NCBI GenBank assembly: GCA_001643675.2
Contig: LSRY02000049.1
Span: 626,790 to 690,789 of the forward strand
Source of the DNA: Monocercomonoides exilis PA203
Lineage: Eukaryota; Protista; Preaxostyla
Reading direction: 5' to 3'
Length of the DNA: 64,000 nucleotides
The notes below the pieces were generated by a model, which did not search any database, was not told where the DNA came from, and saw nothing but the letters and a program-made list of their open reading frames with translations. The translations under genes were made by a program, and so were the position numbers. This document shows positions 51,501 through 64,000 of this stretch, one piece after another. Positions within the stretch are counted from its first letter, which is position 1; each line of letters starts with the position of its first letter.

Positions 51501-54500
51501 TGGTGTGTGTTCCATGTGGAGGGGAGTGGAGATCTGTCGGTGGATGAGTGCAGAGTGTGTGGAGATGGGTCAGTGGAGAAGGTGGGGTATGGGGTGTTCT
51601 GTGTGAGTGGAGGGGGTGTGACAGTGACGAATGTGGTGCTGGACGGGCTGGGGTTCACAGAGCGAGGGTTTGTGGAGGTGAGTGGGGAGACAGCGGGAGG
51701 GACGATTGTGGGGCTGAACGTGACGGGTGGGGCAGGGAGCAGAAAGGGGGTGATTGTGAGCAAAGGGGCGAAGAAGATGGAGGTGAAGAAGATGAATGCG
51801 AGCGGGGTGTGTGCGAGGGAAGGGAGCGGGGCAGTGATGGAAGCAGTTGTGAAGGATGGGTGCAGGCTGACAGTGGATGGGGGTGTGTTGGAAGGGGTGT
51901 GTGAGAAAGGGGATGGGGGAGGGATGATGGTGGTGATGGAAGGCGGGGGGCGTGTGGAGGTGGGGAAGAGCGAGAGTGTGGGTTTTGAGGGGTGCAGTGC
52001 ACAGAGGAAGGACGGGGCAGGAGGGCATGGAGGAGGGATGATGATGAGAATAGAAGGGTCGGATGGAGACTTCAGGCTGGAGAGACTGAGGTTCAGCGGG
52101 TGCCAGGCGAGTGTTGGGGGAAAGAATGTGTTTGTGTGCGGGGCAGACTTTTCGCAGGAGATTGAAAGAGCAAAGTTTGGGTTTGTAGAATCGTATGAGA
52201 ACACAGAGGAGATTGGGGGTTATGAAGACGGGGACGAGACATGGGTGGTTCCGGTTGTTCTGTACTTGCGGGATGCCCCAGAGGAAATCCGGGTGGGGGG
52301 CGAGAGGAGCAGGGACTTTGGCCGATGTGGGTATGAAGGGTTTGAGTGCCAGTCAGTGGACTATGGGGTGGGGCTGTGGGGCAGAGGAGCAGGTGTGAAT
52401 TGCGTGGTGACATCGCCTTCGTGCGTGAAAGGAGAGATGGTTCTGGAAGAAGGAGAATACAGAATACGAGGAATGGGAGTGGGCAGTGAGGTGGAAATGA
52501 TGCAGAGCGAGGGTGCTGGGGCAGAGGGCACTGTGGAGAGCAGCGCACAAGTGACAATCGAAAAAGTGGTGTTTGTGGCTCCAGCGCAGAAAAAGGCGAA
52601 GGATGCGCTGATCCACACGACTGGTGGGGAGATCAACATCCGGTTGTGCTCGGTGGGTGTCTGCAGTGGCGGGAGCAGCGAGCAGAGCAGAGAGCTGAAG
52701 CACACATTCCTGTGCATCTCGGGTGGCCGGCTGGTGCTGGAGGAGTTCGAGCTCACAGCCATTGCCGCAGCATCGGTGCCAGTTGTTGTTGTTGAGGATT
52801 CTGGATGTGGGACGATTGAGCAGTGTCTGTTCAGTGGGGTGGGCAAGGCACATGCTGATGGGCTGATATTGAATGGGGCACAGGGGATGTGCGAAGTGAG
52901 CAACACGACGATGTCGGGGCTGTCCCTTTCAGAGGGGTGCGGGATATGTGACCGTGGGGGGAAAAACATGGTTGTGAGGAATTGCACAATGAGCGAGGTG
53001 ACAGCCACAAAGGGGAACGGATGCTGTGTGCGAGGTGTGGTGTCGAGTGGCTGTGCGCTGGAGATGTTTGATGTGCAGATGGTGGGGTGCTGGACAGAGC
53101 GTGGGAATGGTGGAGGAATACATGTGGAAATGGAGGGAGACGGCAGTGTGCAAGTTGGGAAAGTGGGGATAAGGACATTGTTTGAAGGGTGCTGTGCAAG
53201 GGATGGGAATGAGATTGGGGGATACGGAGGTGGGGTGGCACTGGTCAGCAAGGGGAACCTGTCGTCGTTTGTTGTTGCCGATGTTGTGTTTGGGGTGAAC
53301 GAAAAGGCAAACCACGCATCGAAAGGCGGGGACAACGTGTTTGTCTGGGGAGAGAATCTGTCGCGGCTGATAACAGACGAGTTGATGCAGTTTGAGTTTG
53401 ACCGAGAGACGAAGGCCACGTTCAGGGAACTGGAAGGGGAGGAGGTGGGGGAGGGAGGGGAGGTGAGCGCTTTTGTGCCGCTGGCTGTGTTTGTGGTGGA
53501 GTTCAGAGGAAGTGTGCATGTGGGGGGAGAGAGCGGAGTGGATTATCGGATATGCGGGCTGGAGGTGTATCCATGCTCGACAATCAGGTATGGGTGCGCG
53601 CTGAGGTTTGGGGCAGCACAGGCATCGGTGAGGCTGATGCCCACGTTTGTCTTCAACAGCAAGCTCACGCTGGCTGAGCGGAGCATCGAGTTTGAAGCAG
53701 CTGTGGCGGAAGAGGCCATCCAGATAGACACATCTGGGATTGGGGCAGAGGGGTGGTTGGTCGAGACGAGCAGCGCCATATCATTCTCGCGAATACACTT
53801 CTCGGTAAGTTCTTCAGGTGCACGTTGCTCGAGTGCGGGGCTGAACCAGCACACTGGGGTTGCAGCAGAAAGAGCGGAACACGAAGGGATGCCCAACACA
53901 GGTGGCCACAAATGTGTGTTTGTGTGTGCGGGGTCTTCGCTGACAATATGCAGCTGCTCGGTACAGATGAAAACGGCAGATGCAGTGCTGGATGCACAGC
54001 TGATCAGATGTGTTGGGGGCACACTGAGCATCAGCGGGCTGAGCATGAGTTCGATGACCACAAGAGAGCCGCTTGTGGTGATTGACGGAGATGAGTGTGC
54101 AGGGGTGATGGAGGGGCTGGAGATATATGGATCGAAAAACGAAGGAGAAGGAGGAGGCAGCCTGGTGGAGATAAAGCGCACAAAGAAGATGGAGATGAAG
54201 CACTGGAGAATGAGCGGGTGTGTGCAGGAGGACAGCAGCGGGCTGAAGATAAGCGGAGGGATGCTGGTTGAGGTGTGGAATGTGACGGTTGAGGAGCTGC
54301 AGAGGACGAGGGGAATGGCGGGGTTGTGGTGTGCATGGTTGGGGAAGGGGAGACAAGGAGAATGCGGAACTGCACGTTCTGGAACAGCAGCTGCGAGGAA
54401 AGCGGGTCGAAGGGAGGCGGGGTGTGGGTGAAGACAAGCGGAAGGAGCACGATGATTTTTGAGAAGAACAAGGTGGGGTGGTGCAAGACGCCGGGAGGGG

Positions 54501-57500
54501 AGTGGAGTTGGGGGAGGGGTGTATTTGTGGTTTGGAGGGCTGGAGGCGGTGTACTCGATGAAGGATTTGGAGTTCAGCGAGAACAGTGCGTACCAAGGGC
54601 GGGATGTGTATGTGGTGTGCGAAAAGCCGCGGCTGATGATGAATGCGATATACTGGAGCGGGACGGCGTCGAGCGAGGAGAGCAGCGAGGAGCAGAAGCG
54701 GCTGTGGGTGGTGGACAAGGAGCCTCACGAATATGTGAGCACAAGCCTGTTTGAGTACTTGTTTGCGAGTGTTGCAGAAATTGTGTTTGTGAACAAGGAC
54801 GGGTGGAGCGAAAGCGAATGCGGGTTCGAGGACACGCCGTGCAGCAGTGTCGAAACGGGGCTTGGGCAGATGGAAGCAGCGCAGTCGATCATCCACATCA
54901 AGAAGGAGGCGCCGCTGAACGGGACAGTGAACAGAGGGAGCGAGCCGCTGACGATCCGAGGGAACAGCGAGAAGGGGAAGATGAGCGTTGGGAGCGGAGC
55001 GCACCTGGAGGTGACAGAGGGTGTGGCACGAACAACGCTGATGCTGTCGAATGTTGTTGTTGCCCTTGGGGAAGGGCTGGCAGAGGCAGAATTGGTGGAG
55101 CTGAGGTGTGGAATGGCTGTGGTGATTGACAGCGAGATTGTGGATGAGAGCGCAGCAGGGCATGGAGGCGGGTGGAGGATCGCGTCGATTCATGGGGGAG
55201 AGCTGGATATGAGCAGGGTGAGGATCGGGAAGATGGATGTGATTGGAGAAGGGGAATTGTTTTTGGTGTGCGGAGGGTCGCTGAAGATGGAGGACAGCTG
55301 TGCGAATGGGGTGTGTGGGAGAGGGAATGGGATGATTGCTGGGAAGGAAGGAAGGATTGTGGAGATGTTGAATGTGAGCATTGCCGAATGCGATTTTGAG
55401 AACGGGCATGTTGCGACAATTTGGAGCGGGATTGGGAATGCAACGATATCAAACTGCACATTCACAGATTGCTCGTCGATGTCGGATGGTGCATGTGTGA
55501 GCGGAAAGATAGGAGGGGACATGGAGTTTTGTGTTGAAGAGACGGAAATGAGCGGATGCCGATGCACAAAGGAAGGAGAAGGAAAAGGGGGTGGGATGTT
55601 GATGGACATGAGGAGCGGGCGGGTGCAGAAGTATCTGGTGCGGGATGTCAGTTTTGAGGGAAACGATGCGTGCTTTGGGAGAAATGTGTTTGTGGAGTGC
55701 TTGAGCCTGAACGAGAGTGTCACAGCAGACCGAATGGTGTTGAGGTGGGGCTCAGCGGAAGATGATGGGAACGGATATGTTGGGGCAGACAGCACATTTG
55801 AGCTGATCACACTGGAGCTGTTTCTGGTCAGATACGACGGCGGTGTGGTTGCTGTGTCGAATGCAGGATACGACATGATTGGGTGTGGAGGGGAGCAGCA
55901 TCCGTGTTTTTCGTTCTGGCAAGGGTATCGGAACTTGGGAGCAGATTATGAAGAGCGGAAGATGGCTGTTGAGAACGGGTGCGAGATTGCAGGCGAGTTT
56001 GATGTTTCGGCGATGACAGTGGAATCAGCCAGTGCAGAAGCAGAGGCTGCCTTATCGTTTTCGGAGCAGTGGGCAGACGGCCAGGTGGAATGGGTTCTGG
56101 GAACAAGCGGCAAAACTGTTCTGAGCCTGTTGCACTTGTGTGTGCCACAATCGCTAAGTGAGCCCCACAGAACACTGATATGCTGCACCGCACCATCTGG
56201 CGCATTGAACATCAGCCATTGCTCGTTTTCTGCAGAGCATGCAAAGCGCATATCGTTTTCGCTGATCACAGTGAACGGCGGGCACATGACGATGAGCGAC
56301 TGCACAATGGAGCACGTGACCGGAGCAGCACCGCCGATTGTTTCGTGTGGCGGCACAGCAATATCGAATTGCACAATAAAGGAGATTAAGTGCAGCGAGA
56401 GCAAGGAAGGAGGGGCTGTGCATGCGGTTTTGAAAGGAGACTGGAGACTTGTGATGAGCGAGTGCAAGATGAGCAGTTGCAGCTGCTCGGTGGAGGAAGG
56501 AAAAGGGGGTGGACTGTTTGTGGATGGAAGCGAATCGGAGGATGATGAGCCGTTTTTGTTCACAGATGTTGAAGTGTCCCTGAATGCTGCACACATGGGT
56601 GTGAATGCGTTTGTTGTTGCAAGAGACCTGAACAGCTCGATAACGAGAGCAACGTTTGGGTTTAAGAGCAGCAGAGGGGAAGAAGAAGGGAACGACTTTG
56701 TGGGAAGGGATGGGGTGTTTGGGGAGACGGATCTGTATCGGTTTGTGAGGGAGTACAGGAGCACAGTGATTCACATCTCGTCAGTTGGGGGATTCGATGT
56801 GATGCGGTGTGGGAGCGCAGCAGAGCCGTGCAGCACATTCTGGATGGGGATGCAGAAGTTGGAGAAGGAGACGAAAATGAGATCGGTGAGGGTGCAGGGA
56901 GAGCTGAGGATTGCAGATGGATTTGATCTGACGAACTGCAGTGTCGAATGCGAGGACGGCGTGGCAGGGGAAGATGCAGCATGCAACATGGTATTTGACA
57001 TGGAGGGAGACAGCGAGTGGGATGGTGTCATGTGCAACAAGGGAGAGCTGGTGCTTGATGGAATATGCATGAGTGTGAAGAAGATGGGCGAGGAAAGGGA
57101 AGCAAATGTGGTTGTGAACGAGCAAGGCAGCCTTTGGATTCGCAGATGCAAGATGACTTCGGCGAGCGCGGGAGAAGGCCAGCACAAGAGCCGGTTCAAC
57201 TATGTGGCGATGCGAGAGGGGACACTGAATGTGGCAGGGCTCGAGGTGTGTGAAGTGAAGTTCGAAGGGTGTGTTGTGCAGGTTGGCGGTGGGTGTGATT
57301 GTGTTCTGGAGAATGTTGTTGTGAACTCGATTGGGATGCAAAGTGGGTGTGTGCTCTGTGCAGTTGATGGGGCAGGAGGAAGGGATGGCATGAACAGCAA
57401 GATAGGGGTGAGAGTGAACGGATCGAAAGTGTCGTCGGTGGGGGCAGAGGGAGAGAAAAGCAGTGTGGTGTGGTGTGGAGGGCAGGGGGTGTGGAGTGTG

Positions 57501-60500
57501 GAGGTATATGAAAGTGTGTTTGAGCTGTGCAAAGCAAGCGGTTCGCAAAACGGAGGGGCAGTGCTGTTTGGGCTGAACGAAGAAGGGAGGCTGACGATAA
57601 GGGACAGCACGCTGCTTCAGTGCAGCTGCAGCCTGGACAGCGGGAGAGGCGGTGGCGTGTGCATCAGAACGAAGAACCACGGGGATCTTCCGTTTTTGTT
57701 TTCGCGGGTGGTGTTCAAGGGCAATGCAGCGCATGTGGGGAACGATGTGTTTATCGAGTGCTATCGGATCGACAAGCAGATCAACGAGAGCCAGTTCAAG
57801 ATGGATGTGCAGGAAGGGGTGTACAACCGGATCAACGCGATCTACGGGATCGACACAGTGAGCACGAGCCCGGTGGATTTGGTGTCGCTGATTACTGTGC
57901 ACTACTCTTCGACTGTGGTTGTGTCGTCGAGCAGCGGCAAAGGGGCAAACACAAGGCAGTGTGGCGCAGCAGAGCTGCCATGCCGTTCGCTGGACTATGG
58001 GCTGGGCCACTTGTCAGGGGGCATGTTCTTGACGGCTGTTGTGGACGAAGAAAGTGCAGCAGGTGGGGAATGCGACCTGAGGGATGTGGAGCTGAAGTCC
58101 AGGTGGGAGACGCGTTCGACGATATCGTTTGACAGCATCGCAACACAAACGCGCGAGCATGTGCTCAGCGTCGATGGGGGAGTGGGGGTGAAGCTCATCC
58201 TGTTTTCGTATCCTGTGCCATTCCCGTCGGCACACGAAACCCTGATGCGTATGGAAACGGGGACTGTGTCTTTGGTGTTGTGCATTTTTGAGTCGAGCAG
58301 TGGTATCTCAGAGGGGAGATGCATGACTTTGATGGAGTGCGAAAATACGAGATGCTCTTTTGATCAATGCAAGATAAGAAACACAAGGGCGCAAAAGCTG
58401 ATTGCATGCCGGAACAGCTCGCTGAATGTGTCGCATCTTGCTGTGCAAAACGCAGACATCGAAGCAGATGGGATAAGCGTGGCAGACGATGTTTCGATGA
58501 TGCTGTTCAATTATTCGGCATCGCATGTGCGACTGAGAAGTGGATGCATGATGGTGATGGGCAGCCAGGTGCAAGGGCAAGGGCAAATACAAGGTGAGCA
58601 GAGCAATGGTGCAGATCACAACTTCTCGATCATTTTCTCGTCATTCAGCAACATTTCCAGTGCTGCCCACAAGCCGAGCATTCTGTCCATATCAAACAGC
58701 AACAATTGCATCTGTGTGGACAACTGCTTGTTCGATTCATGTTCATCATCATCATTTGTTTCGGAAGTTTCTTCATCGGCTTCAAATATTGGAACAGTGA
58801 TGTTATTTGTATCATGCACAAACATTGTGTGCTCGAGTTGTGTTGTTGATGGGGGTTGGGGCAACGAAACGCAGGGGAGCCCTCTTGATCAAGGGGAGGA
58901 GGTCTGCTGGTGGAATGGATCGCAGATTTGTGGGGTCAACAGCACAGTTGTGGTGAAGGACTCAACAATCTGCAACTCGGAGGCTGGGGCGCTGTCTGTC
59001 GCAGGGGGAAGCGCAAGGATCGAAAGAGGGAGTTTTGGAACAACAAGGGGAGTTCTGCGAAATATGTGTCAGCTCGGCGGAATGTGATGTGCACAGAAGG
59101 TGGGAGAGTGGATGTGGTGAGTCTGAAAGGAGGAGATGGGTGGAAGGAAGATGACTCGCTGTGGATGGTGGGGAAGGGGTGCCAGATGGGAGGGCTTGCC
59201 TCGGAAAGGAAGTCGGCATTCTTCATCCCGCATCTGAGCGAGGTGGAAACAGAGGAGACAGAGGATGTGGGAGGCATGGTGAAGCTGAGGTTCAAGGGGT
59301 GGGTGCTGCTGCCGTGCTCCCTGGGGTTTGAGGTGGTGGGGGTGGTGGGGGATGTGGAGTATGTGGAGAAGCACATGTTTGAGGAAGAGGATTTCGAGAG
59401 CGAAAGGGAGGTGAGGCACTGGGCAGAAATGGAGAAGGTGGGATGGGGAGGAGAGGAGGCAGAGGTGAGGGTGAGCATTCTGTTTGGGAACACGTCTGCG
59501 CCGTCGCACACAGAGGCATTCATTTTGCAGAACAAGAGTGAGCCGAAAGGAAATGGAGACGAAAGGACTGTTGAAGGAGGAAATGGAAAGTTTTCTTCTT
59601 CAACCGTGATAATAATTATTTTGGTTGTAATTTTATTTATTGTTCTCATCGTCGCAATATCCTTTATTGTTCGTTGGAAAAAGCAAAAGAGAAGAACAAA
59701 AGAGCTTGAAGTGATTGTGGAAGACACAGTGAGGAAAGATCCGAAGGCGTTTGAAATGGTGACGATGGAGATGTCTCCTGAGGAGCAGTGGAGGAGAGCA
59801 GAGAGGGAGGCAGAGAAGAAGAATGAAGAGAGGATAAAGAAGAGAGTGTATGAAAAAAGTTTGGGACACTCAGAGTCATCAGAGCATTTGTTGAGCGAGA
59901 GTGGCTCCACAGAATACATTTTGGGAAGAGATTCAGACAAGATCCCTCAATGGATGCTGGAGAAGGTTGATGAGGAAGAAGATGATATATCGAGGAAGAG
60001 AACACCATCGCCATCCATTTCATCCACTTCGACCACAGACACATCAGACACAGAATCCACATTTGTTCGTGGGGAAGATTTGTGCCCAACCACATCGTCG
60101 ATGTCAAATCTGGTGGATGCAATGGCCTGCTCATCTCCCCATGAGAAGCTGATTGTGGATCTGAGGGATTCGCTGTTCATGCTTCTTCATGGAAAGAATG
60201 AGAAGAAAGAGATGGCAATCGGAACTCTCCAGGAGAGGGAGGTGACGGCTGCTCAGATCCTGTTCTGGGTGGCCAATCTTGCACTTCACTCGTTTGATGA
60301 AATGAACAATCCACTTCAGTCGCTGACAAATCTGAGTCCCCACATTGTGTTGTTCTCAGAACATATGGTCATCTGCATTGCGATGCACTCTGACTGCTCT
60401 TCTTCAGATTCTGATTCATCCTCCATCTCTTCGTCAACTGTTGTGACATCTGCCAGTGGTGATGATGATGATGACTCTCTTCCATCATCTGCATTTGAGG

Positions 60501-61015
60501 ATGAGGAAGACAGCAAGAACGAGTGCATGAGGTGGAAGGCGCCAGAGCTGCTGAATGGAACAACGAAGCATGCGACGAAGAAAACGGTTGTGTTTTCTGT
60601 TGGGATGATGGTGTGGGAGTGTGTAACGCTGCAGATCCCGTTTGGGGAGTGTTCGGGAGAGGCAGCAGGGAGCATGATTGTGCGAGGAGAGAAGGTGGGG
60701 ATGGGTGTTGCGAAGGGGTCGCGTGTGAGGGGAGTTGTGGGTGGGTGCCTGCGTTATGAGGCAGAGGATCGGATGACGCTGGGAGATGTGAAGCGGGAGC
60801 TGATCAAACTGTTCCCTCCGGGTGCGGCAGTGCTCACGATGACAGATGCGATCGGGTGCGAAGAGAGTCGGAGGCCTGCAGTACCAGCAGCCATCATGGC
60901 CAGTGGAGCCAGCATGAACAGCACGACATGCATGACAAGCATGACAGATATTGGCAACAGATCCAGAGACATAAAGAAGCAAGAGGAAGTGAAGGATGAG
61001 GCGAATGGCAAATGA
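48564..61015 (+). CDS. Giant (~4150 aa) type-I membrane receptor: signal peptide, repeated Cys-rich/beta-helix-like modules, single TM, C-terminal TKL-type pseudokinase; three frameshifts (~54310, ~54497, ~59030)
   Basis: ORFs 48564-54431, 54326-, 54459-59087 and 58910-61015 join into one colinear product; 8 GxDxxxCGxxxxxC(S/T)-type modules; TM VIIIILVVILFIVLIVAISFIV; RWKAPELL...VFSVGMMVWECVTLQIPF. Confidence 0.8.
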
Positions 61016-63250
61016 TGAGGAGAGCAGAGCAGAGCAGAATAATGAAATAAAAAAATCAGACAAGAGAAGTTGGAGCATTCATTGGAAAACTTTGAACGTG
61101 TTCAACATTTTTGAACAGTACAGAAATAGAGTTGATTCAGAAAAAGAAAAAAGATAATGAAAAATGAAAAAGAAAAAAAGAAACCCTGGTGCAGACAACA
61201 CAATGGCCATTGGAGGACGAGTGAAGCCAGAAGGCTTCTCTGAACCCGTGGGAGCAATGATTGGTTGTTGCCCATTGTGTTGTGGATGCTTGGCCAGGTG
61301 CATGCTTCATGGTGCATGCTGGGAAAAGCGGCAATGCCCACATGGCCGAACTCTGATCAGCACAGCATCGCTTCAGACAAAACATTTCATATTCCATTTT
61401 CAGTTGTTGTTGGAATAATTTTGTTTATTTTATATGTATATTTTTGTATAGTTGAATCCATCTTCACAACATGAAGCATTTGCATGATGGGACAAGTACT
61501 GCCCAGCTGCTGCTGTTTCATTTCCTCTTTTTCCATTTCAAAGAAAAACAAGAAGAAGACTCGATATTCAGCATCTGTAAAAGCAGTCGAAGTCATTCAT
61601 GTTTTGTGGTGCTTTGTGTCTGGAGTGCCCATTGACCACGAAAGAAGCACGGGAGGGCAAAAGAGTTGGATGTATTTGCTGGAGAGCTGTCGTGCTGCTG
61701 CTTGGGTGCTATCAGCCAAGTCTGTTTCTGAGTAGCCAGGCAAGGCTCAACACATTCCACAAAAGTTGGGAAAGATATTTTCTGCATCTTGTCTCCTCCT
61801 GATGAATGGCCATCATCAGTCGTCCAACTGCTTCAAATACCGTTCCAATCAAGAATGCAATCGAATTAACATGAGAAAGAAAGAAATATTCTTTTATTGG
61901 CATTTCTTCTTCTTCTTTTTTTTTTTTTCCAGCTGAGAGAAGATATTCTTTTTCCAAAGCAGGGAAACATCTTGTTGTTTGTGCCATTGCACACACACAC
62001 ATACACACATTATTGTGAGTTGTTGAATCTGTGGTTGAGTGTGTTTGCCCGCATGAGCTTCCTGTCAAAGGCCACTGAGCATGAGAATGCCAGATGAATG
62101 TGAATGATTGCTGTTGTTTGTTGATTTTGTGGGAGTTGTATCGCTAACACAATGGAACAAATGCTCATTGCCAAGCAAAATTAGCACACACAATAAATAT
62201 GAATCGAATTATTCAGGATTCGTGATGGTCCCCAATGGTATTGATAAGTGTGTCATTTGCTTTTATCGCTTCTGAGGGAAAAAAAAACATTGGCAAAAAT
62301 TTGTTATTCCATTTCTTCAACTGAAGAGACAATTTGACAAAGCGTTTTCAATGTGGGATAAGAACATATTCCTCAATAGTCAATGTGTTTGTTATAATGT
62401 CATAACAATAATTGGCTGAAAAATGTCCTTCCAATGACAGCATTTGTCAATGGAAACACATTTAAAAAACGCCACATTTTGCCACATATGCCCACAATAG
62501 GGAAGTGCAGTTGAACTTCTATCTTAGCTGTTTGAGGGCAATCACCAATATGTGAGCAATACTTTTATTTGTCTTCTTTATTCATTGGGGCTCTTGTTCT
62601 TATTTATTTTGTTTATTCAAATCAATTCAAACAATAAAAAAAATATATTTTTTTTGAAATTATTTGTGATTTTTAATAAAAGCTGGACTTTGACAAAATC
62701 TTTTTATTTTCAAAAAAAGACGAAAATACCTCTTTTGAAGAAATAACTCAAAATTTTCCACTCTTTGTTTTTTGATCGATAATTTTCTTGTTTATTTTTT
62801 TTTTTCTTATCGAAGAACGTCTGAGACAAAAACATAGCACTTCAATCATTTTCTTCAAAATTAACTGCGCTGTGGATAAACTTTTTGGGTAATTTACAAT
62901 AAATAAAAAATACCCGTTTGATGGATGGATTTTTTAAAAATATATATAATGAATGAGACAAATCAACAAAGTTACTGCATCAATGGTATTTTCAAACAAA
63001 TGGGACAAATTTTGATTGATTCACTGCAATTTGTTGGTGTTGCCATTTTATTGAAGGAAATGATACACTTATGCATCAAGAAAAGAAGCTTGAAAATCCA
63101 GTTCCTCTTCCAACATATTTGTTGTTGTGTTTTTCTTTTTCACACTGTTTTTTTGTTATTCTTTGCTTGATTCTTTTCATGTTTGGTGATTGGTTTTGAA
63201 ATCATAACTGTTTTCGGAATGTGGATAATTTGTTCTATCTCTTTTATGAG

Positions 63251-64000
63251 CACATTTTTGAATTCTAAATATTCAATTCACTGAATTCATAGTTGCAACA
63301 AACAAACAAACAAGTGTTCAACAAAATCCACAATGTTTTGCATTCACTTCAGGGAGAGAAACATTTGTGAAATATCATCAGACAATTATTGTTATAATTT
63401 TTCTGTTTGAATAATAATGAATATAACAATATTTGACAATCTCATCATTTGTCTCAAAAATTCAAGAACACTTCTTCCCACTTCGTTTTTCTTTTTTTGA
63501 TTAAAATTCCAATTAATAATACATGAATGTGACTTCGTTTTTTGGAATCATTTTTTGATTTTTTTTTTCGAATAAAATGATTATTGAAATTTTTGTCAAT
63601 TCTTTTTTGAATGAAAATAATAAATTGAAATATACTGAAGATATATTTGCAAAAATTGAAATTATAACAATCACACTGTGGAAAAACAAATAATCAGAAT
63701 TTATCAAAATAACGAAGTCACATTCATGTATTATTAATTGGAATTTTAATCAAAAAAAGAAAAACGAAGTGGGAAGAAGTGTTCTTGAATTTTTGAGACA
63801 AATGATGAGATTGTCAAATATTGTTATATTCATTATTATTCAAACAGAAAAATTATAACAATAATTGTCTGATGATATTTCACAAATGTTTCTCTCCTGA
63901 AGTGAATGCAAAACATTGTGGATTTTGTTGAACACTTGTTTGTTTGTTTGTTGCAACTATGAATTCAGTGAATTGAATATTTAGAATTCAAAAAAATGTG
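63251..64000. repeat. Long inverted repeat: arms 63251-63539 and 63711-64000 (probably continuing past the window), 171-bp spacer
   Basis: The arms are reverse complements; the differences I found are homopolymer lengths. Confidence 0.93.

Noticed and set aside
430-61015. Alternative genetic code (TAR=Gln as in Streblomastix, or TGA recoding)
   Set aside because: Long ORFs have no internal TAA/TAG, and genes end normally at TAA, TAG and TGA
50267-61078. Many long minus-strand ORFs (up to 531 aa)
   Set aside because: They are antisense shadows of the G-rich receptor gene: low-complexity P/S/T/H content and no motifs
61079-62100. Short Cys-containing ORFs downstream of the receptor gene
   Set aside because: Under 120 aa, overlapping on both strands, with no recognisable motifs

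Overview
This is eukaryotic, AT-rich genomic DNA with short GT-AG introns and the standard genetic code. It is most likely an oxymonad such as Monocercomonoides; this rests on my recognition of its large surface-receptor/pseudokinase family and was not checked against a database. From left to right: (1) three tandem minus-strand paralogues of unknown function (0.4-9.8 kb). (2) A ~20.7-kb transposon-rich block bracketed by a 49-bp inverted-repeat pair (10417/31168). It contains a dead pogo/Tigger-type transposase, split by a 3.7-kb element with 207-bp TIRs, an 8-bp TSD and captured gene fragments. It also holds decayed receptor-family fragments and an apparently intact 5-exon gene fusing a Sola-like DDD transposase with a USP (C19) deubiquitinase domain, followed by a ~260-bp nested hairpin. 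(3) Housekeeping genes: V-ATPase subunit H and a CTL/SLC44 choline-transporter-like protein. (4) A TmcB-like multipass membrane protein with a degenerate hemerythrin-like C-terminus. (5) A ~12.4-kb receptor-pseudokinase gene with frameshifts at G-runs. (6) A long inverted repeat running off the right edge. The best candidate for a novel system is the transposase-USP fusion with its adjacent structured element.
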